A DNA stretch of 61,556 bases, the filler included, from Choristocarpus tenellus KU-1152 (Eukaryota; Protista; Phaeophyceae): the NCBI GenBank assembly GCA_964200185.2. It is 13 parts of 13 records of this genome, joined end to end, with 100 filler letters (N's around TTAATTAATTAA, not from the genome) between each part and the next. Parts side by side here need not be neighbours in the genome. Positions count along the whole stretch, not along the records: positions 23,116 to 29,016 come from CAXNAD020009463.1; positions 29,117 to 31,918 come from CAXNAD020024617.1; positions 32,019 to 35,835 come from CAXNAD020017767.1; positions 35,936 to 38,726 come from CAXNAD020024722.1; positions 38,827 to 42,623 come from CAXNAD020017870.1; 8 more parts are not named here. One strand, written 5' to 3'. Both the position numbers and the translations under genes were made by a program. How positions within the stretch are numbered: the stretch's first letter is position 1; every line of letters starts with the position of its first letter. Below, piece by piece: positions 28,301 to 38,896 of this stretch. The notes beneath the pieces are model-generated. The model had not been told where the DNA came from and searched no databases. It worked only from the letters and a program-made list of their open reading frames with translations.

Positions 28301-28595
28301 CAGCATGGTTGAGGATGCGATGAAAAACATTGATGTGCACGGGCGCCGTAGAGACAGTTGCTGCCAAAGGTTTTTCTTCTGGGGGTGGTAATCTTTTGGC
28401 GTTAGCTGCGTACATGGATCCATTCCACCTAAAAACGAGTGGAAAACCCTCCCCATCGTCTATCTCGCCATTGTTAGTCATTGCGGCCGACATGGTCTTA
28501 AATCTCCTTCCTGTCCTAGCCGGTTCTTCTGATCCAGCCTCGAACTTCCTCCATAGCCTAGCCGGTTCCTCTGATCCGCCTAATTCTTCCGCCAC
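25389..28595 (-). mobile_element. Decayed Ty1/Copia LTR retrotransposon 2 (INT-RT-RNaseH; gag/protease largely absent)
   Basis: GAG-pre-integrase FHRILNHAG..CIGCAKG; integrase FIDLTGP, IVDDATRFTW, PQYNGVVER; RT YKARLVAKGFRQIEGLDY, WDVKQAFIQA, ALYGTKQASR, HVDDLL; RNase H YADASYA, RRSVTG, ALSSTESEYIAL, FEDN, RTKHIDVRHHFLR. Confidence 0.95.
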
Positions 28596-28948
28596 CTCGT
28601 GTTGAACTATCCCACACTGGACCCGCGGCTTTTATGGTGCTTTAATGAAGGACAAAGAACAGCTTGATGTAGATGAGTAAGGTTAGTAATACAGGGGGGT
28701 CTTGTGGTCTCGATTCTGCTGACTGAGCTTGTGGGTGAGACTCTAGCCTTAATTACCATCATTACTCTATAGTGTGGGGTTTGTAACCGTCCACACTAAT
28801 TTACTATGAATTACTTCTTTACTTATCTTAAGTATAGGAAGTGTATCTTGAACATGATCTAAAACCAATCAACACTATGAGTCAGTACATATAATATGTC
28901 TGTTACTGGCTCTCCATTCTATTATCTAATCCACCGGTGGTGTCCACG

Positions 28949-29016
28949 GACTCAAAGTATCTGGGAGGGGGTGGCGGCTGTCCATTTGGGGTCAATTTTT
29001 TCATGTCGCGATTTTT
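28949..29016 (-). mobile_element. MITE subfamily B right end (reverse), truncated by gap
   Basis: gactcaaagtatctgggagggggtggcggctgtccatttggggtcaattttttcatgtcgcgattttt. Confidence 0.85.
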
Positions 29017-29116
29017 NNNNNNNNNNNNNNNNNNNNNNNNNNNNNNNNNNNNNNNNNNNNTTAATTAATTAANNNNNNNNNNNNNNNNNNNNNNNNNNNN
29101 NNNNNNNNNNNNNNNN

Positions 29117-29203
29117 GTATGCAACCAAATCACCAAAAAATCGGAAGATAAAAAAAATTGCCCTAAATGGACAGCCGCCACCCCCTCCCAGATACTTTGA
29201 GCC
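29117..29203 (+). mobile_element. MITE subfamily B right end, truncated by gap
   Basis: gtatgcaaccaaatcacc...aaatggacagccgccaccccctcccagatactttgagcc. Confidence 0.85.
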
Positions 29204-29528
29204 TTCTAAACCTTCCAAGACACGATTGATAAATGGTATGGCAGGCAGGCACGAAATATGTGAAGAGATCCACAACTAATTACTGAAATGACCTCAGAAA
29301 TTGAAAATTCCATGGTTAATCGGATATGGATCCAGCTGAGTTGAGGGTGTTAAGCCTACCTACCTAGGTAAGAGTAGCGTACACCACAGTGTGATACTTT
29401 GAGACTTGGATAGATTGTTGTAATGCAGGTTTTGTTATGAGAGTCAGAGAAGGTGGAAGGAGGTGGGGAGCGTTTGGCACAGAATAACACATCCCTACCG
29501 TATGTTGACATTATCCCTAGGAACCTAC

Positions 29529-30817
29529 TTGAAAGGTCTCCTTAGTAGTCCCATCAAACAGGTCGTGTGTTGTTGATGACATGCCCATCTTGAACCAAAT
29601 AGGACGATCAGCAGGAATGACCCCATCCTTGCCAATATCTGTCTGATAACAGCTTGGCACAACCATACCATGCGAAACTGCTGGCACCACCTGGCTCCAG
29701 CATAAATCGAGGACCAGGAAGAGTCAATAAAAAATACAGAATGAGTTGGGTGAGCCAACGCCACACTCCCTTTGATCTCTTGACTGGAAAATTTGTTTTA
29801 TGTGAAGGTGCATAAAAAAACAAGTGCACAATAGTTTCATAATTTAGAGGTATAACCAACATTGTCAACAGAAGGAACAGCAATAAAGTTCTAGGAGAAC
29901 AGTCCTTTGGGAGCCTACTGTAATTGTGAGGTTTAAACTTTGCACTAAGTTGTATCATGCGATTTATCATTTAACCTTGCGCTTTCCAGGCATTGATGAG
30001 GCAATGGTGTCACAGATGATTGAAGACATGTCTTCGATTGTAGGTGCATCACTGGTCATGACCTTGATCTTTAGGCAATGGCAAGAAATACACTCTAGAG
30101 TAATAGTGTAGTCATTACCCTTAGATCTCGATATTGGTTGGGGTCATATTTATGCAGGCGTCTTCCACCAGGTACAATAGTGTAATTACCGAGCATGGAG
30201 CAGGGTTAGTCAACCTCCTCTAGCTCCAGCATATACCTTCTCTTACCTTCCGACTAGCCACCAGCCACTCTGGGAGTTTTTTGTCTTTTATTGTCACATC
30301 CCTTCTGGCAGATTCAATTATCTGAGTCATTCCACTCCTTAGGTCCATCCATGAAATCTTTCCGTCCCGATGATGTTCGAAAACTTTCAATATCCGATCC
30401 AGGATCCATTGTTCTACCCCCCTGCCAAGAACGCTGGTGATCAGCACTGGCATACTGCGGATATCGACCCACCCTTTTCCCATGCTGTTCTTCTTAAAAG
30501 CGTTCTGAAAATGTTCTTCTTTTGCTTCTTCCAGGTGTTCCACTTCCTAAGATTTGGTGGGGGTGGATATATTGGATGGAGTTGGATGGTTCAGGAGCTG
30601 CGACTTATATGTATATAGGCTGTTATGACCTACACTGCACCTTCACGAAGTCTCTGAAACTGCCCTGATGGAGAGTGGTATGCAGAAAAGGCTTACTTCT
30701 CTCCTGGGGCGACGTCGAGTCTTTCTTCGCTAGAACCCCTCGTCGATCTGGCACCTCGTAGTCTCCTCTCCCGACATTTGAAAAAGCTTCCGCACTGAAG
30801 GTTTTCATAGTAGACAT
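29529..30817 (-). CDS. EF-hand-like protein with a possible ciliary microtubule-inner-protein motif (3' exons missing)
   Basis: Phase-0 exons 30817-30641 (ATG MSTMKTF), 30546-30247 (…ILKVFEHHRDGKISWMDL, EF-hand like) and 29690-29529 (VVPAVSHG…GMSSTTHDLFDGTTKETFQ; too short for the ORF track); CpG-rich 5' region. Confidence 0.65.
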
Positions 30818-32018
30818 GACTCGTGGGAGACCTTCCCTATAGACCACTCCATGTCCAACACCCTCAAATTTTTTGTCTCGGGTTTCATACGTCTCGCCTG
30901 GGGATCGTGTCGAGGGGTGGGCGTGAACGGAGGTATTTTTTTGCCCCGACGAAAATGAGTGTGAAGGTTTTTATTCGATACATTCGGCAGCGAGAGGCCG
31001 GATCTTTCAACTTAAAGTTGAAATGCAGTTGATATGTTGGACAACGTACGAATCCAGCTTTTCACAAGATCTTATTATACGATAGTTGCTCGCTTGCTGC
31101 GTGATGTTCTCGACCTATCTACATACCTGGCTGAAGGCTGGGCGCGAAACCTACCCCAGCTGGACGAAAGCCCTGGTAACCAAAGTATGGGCTACTCATG
31201 CGCGTTGTTGTTAGCTCACGCTGCGACGGGTCTGAAGAAGTGGTAACCTGTGAGACGACGAGGACGTGGTGCTGTGGGAAAACTACAGTAGTACATAAAA
31301 TATTTTAGAGGTGTAGAGGAGGAGGAGTCGTGACAAATACGTAACCGTCGCACTCCTGTCGTGGCACACAGACAAAGGTTCTACTAAAAATAATGGGTTT
31401 TAAAGTTTAGTTTTGGTTATTGATACTGGAGAGATAATATGAATCGTGTGATTCTGTGGCGGCGTGATTCACTCAGGTAAGGGTGGCGAAGAGAATCACC
31501 GGGCAAGACGGACCAGACGGACCAAGACGAACCTTAACCGAGAGGACGAGGTTTAGGTAGGATAAGTGCAAGACTGTAAGGACTTGCAGAAAAACTGTGG
31601 AGTGATGAAAATCTTACGAGAGGGGAATCATCACAAAATTCCCCAAGTAATGCACATCTCTGATTACAGGGATGTCTATTACTTGTGCGATTGGTTTCTT
31701 CCACAAAATTCCCCACCTCGATTACTTGGAAGATTCTCCGCTGGAATCAGAAAAAACTGATAAAGAAATCTCAATCGGTACAACGGTATGACGGTATATG
31801 GCATACGGCAATAGCGTTATAACAACAGACAAACATGCTTTCAACAATAATGGCAGCTAAGGCGCGAAAGCGCACCCACTACGAGGGCTCCTTTGATCCT
31901 CGTAGTTATCCTCAACACNNNNNNNNNNNNNNNNNNNNNNNNNNNNNNNNNNNNNNNNNNNNTTAATTAATTAANNNNNNNNNNNNNNNNNNNNNNNNNN
32001 NNNNNNNNNNNNNNNNNN

Positions 32019-32119
32019 AGTATCTATCCGACATATGCAACCAAATCACCCAAAAATCGTGACACGAAAAAATTGACCCCAATTGGACAGCCGCTACCCC
32101 CTCCCAGATACTTTGAGAC
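32019..32119 (+). mobile_element. MITE subfamily B right end, truncated by gap
   Basis: ...atgcaaccaaatcacccaaaaatcgtgacacgaaaaaattgaccccaattggacagccgctaccccctcccagatactttgagac. Confidence 0.85.
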
Positions 32120-32484
32120 TTGAGGGTTGTTTATTTGCTATGTGGTCCTACTTTAAGTAGCAAATCGTGCTCTGAACGGGGTTGAGGCTTCAATATTTTT
32201 ATTTTGTAGGATATGTCTTTGTGTCAAAGGTTCCCTGCGAAGTTTTCTTAATTTCCTTTACCCCTGGTGCATTGTGGACCTATGCTCCCACTGGTGCTAG
32301 ATAGTCAATATTCAAAGCAAGAAGTGACTGTGGATCAGAACCTCTTACTACCAAAGAAAAATCCCCTCGGTTGCTTATTCTCCTACATTCTTTAATGACC
32401 GACTGGGGGGTATTCTCAGATGACATATACCACCACATTGTATGTATTATGCAACTGAACTGCAACATTCGTCCCTCTTGATAG

Positions 32485-33753
32485 GTGACTCGTCTTGATA
32501 AGCATCAGCAGATCGCTCTATCCCACCTCAAGTCTCGCCTCATCAGAGAGAAGGAACTCCTCAACATACGCCTGGAAAAGGTGACAGATATTACCCTAGC
32601 CCTAAGTCCAGGAGTCATGCTGAAGACTAGTATTAGTACACACAATTGAGGGGGCTGAAGCAATCAAAGATAAGCAGCAGTCACACCAATCAATGGGGTG
32701 GCCTACACATGTTGCCTTGAGTCAATAGGATGTGATTGCCCTGCAAAATCCCCCTTAACTCTCAGTAATACCATTTCAGTGGTATTTTGTTTCTTTCCCA
32801 AAACGGCAATAAGCAGAAAGTTCATCGATGCACCGAGAGATGACCTGCAGGAGTGTTTCTCTTGTTTCAAGTTTTGTGTACTTTCTGGTGTGCCCTACCC
32901 TTGCTATGTACTGTCGACAGATATGCCTCGACAGAGCCAAAGCCAAGTACTTCAAAGTTCGGTTTTTGTTTGTATTTTCTTGGTGACCTACACACTCGCA
33001 CCCATCAACATTCCGGAACAGGTAAAGAAGGAGAGGGAGACGTCTATTCACCATGCCATGGTAATTTTGGAGCGGGTCAGTCGAGCGGTGCAGCGCTTGT
33101 GTGAAGGTCACACCTCTCTTTCCACTCTAGTGGAATGGGGAAGAAAGGCAGCAGTAAAGCTAGGGGACCTGGGAAAGAAGGCGAGTGACCTTGGAACAAA
33201 CAGTGGCTTGAGCTGTAAGGGCAATGGAGACAATGAGCCAAGGTGGTTGGAAACCTTAAAATCGATGGGAGAAAGGACCTCACAAAGCTCCTCCAATACA
33301 CTGGAGGACATGGGGTCAACTATGGGGTCATCAGCTAGGGGAAGAACCGTATTTTTCTCCAAGCCCAACCCACAGCATTTGCCCCAATCTGGGAAGTTTG
33401 TCTATCTTCATAACATGAGCAAGGAGGGAGCGAAACAGCCAACGACAGTAGGAAAAATGTCGAGGGCGGGCCAGACCAGGATATCCGGCAGGGGGAGGAA
33501 TGGAAGGGGGGGCAGGGGGAAGGCTAGCAATGGAAGCACCGGTACCTGGGGTGGATGGGGAGGTATGGATCAAAGTGATAGTGAGCGTGAAGATCAGTTT
33601 ATGGCCAAGGTCGAAGGGTTGGAGGGTAATGAAGAAAGTTTTGGGAGTTGGGAGAGTGCTGAATCGACGACTTACTTTCCACAGAATGATTTGTACTCTG
33701 TGGGGAGCAGTGTGGAGACCTTACTTCGGGAAGAGAAAGCATTTCGCCTACAG
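32485..33753 (+). CDS. Internal exons of an uncharacterised protein
   Basis: Phase-0 GT-AG exons 32485-32580 (VTRLDKHQQIALSHLKSRLIREKELLNIRLEK) and 33022-33753 (VKKERETSIHHAMVILERV...EEKAFRLQ), coiled-coil-like then disordered. Confidence 0.55.
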
Positions 33754-33928
33754 GTTAAGCAGATGCATGGGTGAGGAACAGGAAGGTAGCACTGTGAACG
33801 CTGTTTCCTGTTTTTAGTCAAGAGTTAAGACCTCTTAACATATTAACTTCTAGATGAAGACAAAGTCTTTCTTCTTCCCTACCTAGAACTAGAGTGATTA
33901 TTGTAAGGACATCGTATAGTTAGCTAAG

Positions 33929-34219
33929 ATTTCGAAAGGACATATTGACCAATACCATCTGTTCGCTTGCCAAAAAAGATTTCTTAGTTGGATGCATTAA
34001 GAGTCGAAAGTATATCAACATATTTTTTATTATTATGCCCTCTGACATTTTGCAGCATATTTTCCTTGCATATTCAGAACTTAAGCGTTCCTATTACGAG
34101 GGCATTATACATTTAACAACAATTTCGAAAGATGTGTTGACCAATACCATCTGTTCGCTTCCCAGAAAAGATTTCTTAGTTGGATACATCAAGAATTGCA
34201 AGTATATCAACATATTTTC
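33929..34219. repeat. ~100-bp direct duplication with a family D fragment between the copies
   Basis: atttcgaaag..ttgaccaataccatctgttcgctt..agatttcttagttggat..aagtatatcaacatatttt at 33929 and 34122; tattattatgccctctgacattttgcag at ~34028. Confidence 0.8.
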
Positions 34220-34529
34220 CCTGCCATTTTGGGAGTATTCCTCGCGTCCACCTCTCTCATATTGTCTAGGTCACCATCAGTATGGACCGTTGAATCAATC
34301 ATAAATATTGCCAAGTATGATGCAATGTTGTGTTCCTGTTTGCACAGTTAAGCTGTAGTTCTTGGGGGTGACCTATGATTACAAAACTGAATTTAGTGTT
34401 GGATTCCTTGGAATATTTTATATAAAACTAAATTTCAAAGAATTATTCAAATAATTCTGAAATGGTTCCGAAATAAATAATGGAACACAGAATGGGGCAT
34501 ATTCTTAACATTAATGTTCCTGCTGCAAT

Positions 34530-35835
34530 ATGGAGCCCAACAACACTCTCACAAACCCTATGGCGAGCCCCCACAGCCCGTCGTCCTCGGCACGAAGCTC
34601 ACCGTCTCGGGGAAAGAACTGCGAGCTGACCGAGGAATGCCGGATCACATTTGCTCTGTGTTACGCATGGACTCTTCCTCTCGGTCATGAGAGGCTCCCT
34701 GGGGGTGTGGGGTCTTAACTGCCAAAAGAGTTTGGAGTAGGAGAGAGACAACCTAGACGGGTGTGGGCGCGGGTCAAAGAACAGTTAGACAGGGGGGATA
34801 CCGTCTCCCTGGAATCACAAGCATGATCTGGACGGTCGTCGAGCCTTATGCCAACAAAACAAGAGAAGATTTGGGAAATCAACGCCAGTAATCGCACGCT
34901 GACTATCAACCAACTTTCCGCCAAGCTCGCCAAAGCGGGCCTCGCAGTCGGCAGCTCAAACTTCATCATTGGCTCGAAGCCATGAGGGCAACGAGGGTTC
35001 AGCGGCGCGTCACCCCTAGCCCTTCATTTTCTCACACGAAGAACAGGGTGAACTTTATCCTCGACCAGATCTCCCACAACCGTAAAACCTACAGGCCAAG
35101 GCCTCAACAACACTCACATCGACAAGGTGTGGAAGAGAAGAACAGGTTGAACTTCATCCTCAACTAGATCTCCCACAACCGCAAAACCTACAGGACTGGC
35201 CTCAATACCATTCACATCAATGAGGTGTGGTTCTAATTCATCCACAAACGAGAGATTATGCGCATGTTTCCAGGAGAGCAAAAGATGGGCTCAACAAAGG
35301 TGCAGCACAAGACTCACATTCCCCGAAGTGATGTTCATCTCCACCATTTCGATCCTGTATCCTTCCTATGATTTCGACGGCAGGATCAGGATCTGAGGGG
35401 TTTGGTCATGAAGGAGGCGCAATGGACTACAGCGCGGAACAGAAAGGGCGAGGAGTATGAGGTTAGCTGTTGCCAACAATCAAGGGAAAAATGTCATTGC
35501 TGGAATCGGGGAGGGGGCTCCATACAGCAGGACAGTGTGACCCTCCATACATGTAGAAGCTGAACGCAGCAAGGATGGAAGAGGGATAGAACATTAAGGT
35601 CGTGATGCAGCCAGTGCAGTCGCCAGATCTCAACATCAATGATTTGGGGGGGTTTTGCATATCTGAAGAGCAGGGTTTGGACGTAGAGGGGGTTTCAAGC
35701 ATGCTCTATGCGTATGGCGCAGATACGCTTGAGAGAGTGTGGCAGAGTCCGTTTAAAAGGTACAATAAGGTGATAAGGGCGCTGGGGTGGAACGAATTCG
35801 AGGTAGAGCACACTGGGACCAAAAATAGGTAGCAG
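34530..35835 (+). mobile_element. Tc1/mariner transposase pseudogene (plant/oomycete mariner, DD39D-like)
   Basis: Fragments HIDKVW / IHINEVWF (HIDEKWF motif), KVQHKTHIP-EVMFI..YDFDGRI (KVMFL..FDGKIG motif), QPVQSPDLNINDLG (QPPNSPDLNVLDLG motif), TLERVWQS..YNKVIRALGWNEFEVEHTG; stops and frameshifts. Confidence 0.85.
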
Positions 35836-37482
35836 NNNNNNNNNNNNNNNNNNNNNNNNNNNNNNNNNNNNNNNNNNNNTTAATTAATTAANNNNNNNNN
35901 NNNNNNNNNNNNNNNNNNNNNNNNNNNNNNNNNNNCCCTCCCCCGTATCCCCTCCCCCACTGTGCTGTATATCCTTGGTAAAGTGGTTTGTGCTTAAATT
36001 GAGGTCATGGCATTAGTAAGGATCATGGAGGATGGGAAAGTTTGTGGATGATGATATTGTTTAGATACTGCAATAACTGTAGTGGTGGATTCATTGTATC
36101 GACCAGGACTAGGGCTTCATATTGGTTTGTTATATCGATCTGGCTTGGTCTAATCTCTATTGGAGTTGGGGTACAATTGGCATATGCACCAGTGATGTCC
36201 ATCTTGTGTACAGTATGGGGTACTCTACAACCATGCTACTACTCTGCAATACGGAGTGTTTCTGTAGCACCATCTTATGCACGTGGTGTGGTGGGGTTTT
36301 TTTTTTCTTTTTTAGGCAACTCAGTAGGTAAGAGTACTGTGTGTAGTGTGTGTCTTGAACACACAATAAATTTCTCTGTGGCAATCTCTCCCTGTCAATG
36401 ATGTTGATGTTATGTATATAATAAATCAAATCCGAGATAGATATTGTACTCTCTTTTTGTACATTTCTTTCCTCTCAAAGTGTATGGAATCTGTCCTGTG
36501 GCAAGAAAGCAAGCATTGCCAGGCCAGGGTTTTGTTGTTGATACATGCCAAGAATATGCTCTTTATTCTTGTGTAAAAGTAGATTCTGTAAGAAAAAATC
36601 TAAGGATGGAAAAGACCATGTTTGTGTTGTGAAGAACAGAAGATGTGTTAAAGAACTATAATATGGAATAGTTCAAGAATAGGAAACATCGTAGCAAGTA
36701 ATCTGTGATTGGTGATTGCTGATCCATATAGTAGGATTTATTTTGTGGCAAGGCCCCACCCCTTTGGGCTTTAAAGGTCACTTCTCCTTTCTGCCTCCTT
36801 ACTTCATGTACAACCTGTTCTACCCATTAAGGAAGGAATTAATCAAGTCATTTACAAATACAAATCTTGGGAACATCAATTTCATTAATATTACAACTGA
36901 TATCTGGGATATGGTTATGATTAGCGTGTCCTTTTTTGTATCCTTTTGTCTGATATGTACTTTGTACCCAAGTTGGGAGTACTTGTAGTATTCCTCTGCA
37001 ACAGGCTTTAGTGCTTATCTTCTATCATAATAATAATAATTAATAATAACAGCTCAATCCTTGCATTGTTCTGTTAAGCATTATCAAAGTGCTAGGGAGA
37101 ATGCACAAAGATCAACGCGCATATTGGTTACTATACTCGAGTATTTTATGTCTGTGCTTCAAATTGCAAGTATTTTGAGCAGTGTGCCAACAAATATCTC
37201 TTGTAGGTAATGGCACATACGGATACGTGCATGATACTCATTTCAACCGGAAACACCAGAACAGATGTTCTTACTGTCACTGCTTGATTTTGAGGGATAG
37301 ACATGCCACAAGTAAGACAAATCCACTAATATTTTGAAAATGTCTGCGAAGTACTAGCAGCATTTTTGTTGATTTATGTAGCAAGAAGTACAACTTTCAT
37401 GCTCTAACCCCCCTACAACCCAAGCCCAAAGGCCAACCTCATATCAGCAAAAGCGTGAAACACTTGACCCTGGGTATCATAG

Positions 37483-37617
37483 GGCCAACGTGACAGGGCT
37501 CAAAAGGAGCTTGAGGAGTTAAGGTTCATGGTGAACGGTCTGCATGAGATTATGGGTGAGGAAGTGGAGAGGACTGCTCTGGCTAGGATGAGGCTTGAGG
37601 GGCCTCAGGATTTGGAG
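37483..37617 (+). CDS. Orphan internal exon, coiled-coil-like
   Basis: atcatag|GQRDRAQKELEELRFMVNGLHEIMGEEVERTALARMRLEGPQDLE|gtgtgt, 135 bp, phase 0. Confidence 0.4.
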
Positions 37618-38061
37618 GTGTGTGTGAAGGTGGTTGGTGACAAGGAAGGAGGATATTATTGTTTTTTTCTATGTGAAAGTGTGTGTGTCTACTGCTGAGG
37701 TTTTTGGTCTGGTGAATCGAAAGGATTCATGAGTATGTCATGAACCAGCCTGAAAAGATTTGATGTAGTTGATTGAATCAAATTGGGCAAACGCTGCGAG
37801 GTGACTGTGGAGAAACACCCAACACTGTGTGGAAGTTTATTGAGAACTGTATGCATATGCGCCAGAGGGTAATGAATGGATAATTGATATAATTGAAATG
37901 CTCTGATTACAATGTTGACATTTCTTGTAGTAAAGGAATCATCACAATTCACCAGACTAGTTGAAGAGGCCAAGAACTGTATGCTTTGTGTGCATATATT
38001 CAGAGAAGAAGTTTTTGCACTTATCAAATCAGTACAGGCTGGCCCGACCAAGAAAAGGATG

Positions 38062-38332
38062 ATTGTGATCGTGATCGTGATCAGTATGCCTTCAGTTCCC
38101 CTGCACTGTCGGCGGTTTCATCAAGTATACTACTACACACACGTATGGTACTATTAATTCTTCTGTGCAGTATCAGTACCAGTATCGTTATCGTTATCGT
38201 TATCGTTATCGTGATCGTGATCAGTATCCCTTCAGTTCCCCTGCACTGTCAGCGGTTTCATTCGATTGACGATCTCTAGCTCAGGTCTAGAGCTAGGGCT
38301 AAGGCTAGGGCTAGGGTTTGGGCTACGGCTAG
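38062..38332. repeat. Composite repeat: ~52-bp duplication, (GTGATC/GTTATC)n hexamers and degenerate telomere-like (CTAGGG)n
   Basis: gatcagtat(g/c)ccttcagttcccctgcactgtc(g/a)gcggtttcat at ~38079 and ~38219; gctagggctaaggctagggctaggg at 38292-38316. Confidence 0.7.
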
Positions 38333-38385
38333 TCCTGATTGCGGGCAATTTTATATAGACGGCATCCATCCAGTTGATTGCATTG

Positions 38386-38643
38386 AAACCAAAGTATCTT
38401 AGAGGGTAGAGCCGCGTCCATTTGGTGACCAAAATCCAATGTTGCTATTTTGACGCAATTTTGGCTACTGTGTTTGTTGGGAAGTGTCAATAACCTTGTT
38501 CCGGACGCACCTTTTCACAGTGTATACATGTTACCTACTCTGAAACATTTCAGAGTAGGAAAAGGTCATAAGACACCCGTGGGAAGCCAAGCCCCAAGCG
38601 GACAAATGGGGCAAAACTCGTACCCTCTAAGATAATTTCTCTC
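38386..38643 (-). mobile_element. MITE subfamily A copy 4 (258 bp), TSD ATTG
   Basis: attg|aaaccaaagtatcttagagggta...taccctctaagataatttctctc|attg. Confidence 0.9.
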
Positions 38644-38826
38644 ATTGGTCGTTCATGTATCATTCGTGTTGCCACCTGTAGCAAAAACGATAAAAATAAC
38701 AATATATAAAATCTCCCACAGTACCCNNNNNNNNNNNNNNNNNNNNNNNNNNNNNNNNNNNNNNNNNNNNTTAATTAATTAANNNNNNNNNNNNNNNNNN
38801 NNNNNNNNNNNNNNNNNNNNNNNNNN

Positions 38827-38896
38827 CCAAAAATCGCGACATGAAAAAATTGACCCCAAATGGACAGCTGCCACCCCCTCCCAGATACTTTGAGCC
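38827..38896 (+). mobile_element. MITE subfamily B right end, truncated by gap
   Basis: ccaaaaatcgcgacatgaaaaaattgaccccaaatggacagctgccaccccctcccagatactttgagcc. Confidence 0.85.

Noticed and set aside
28614-28628. Possible Copia primer-binding site remnant (minus gcgggtccag vs GGTTATGGGCCCAG)
   Set aside because: Too degenerate, and no adjacent 5' LTR matching 25046-25320.
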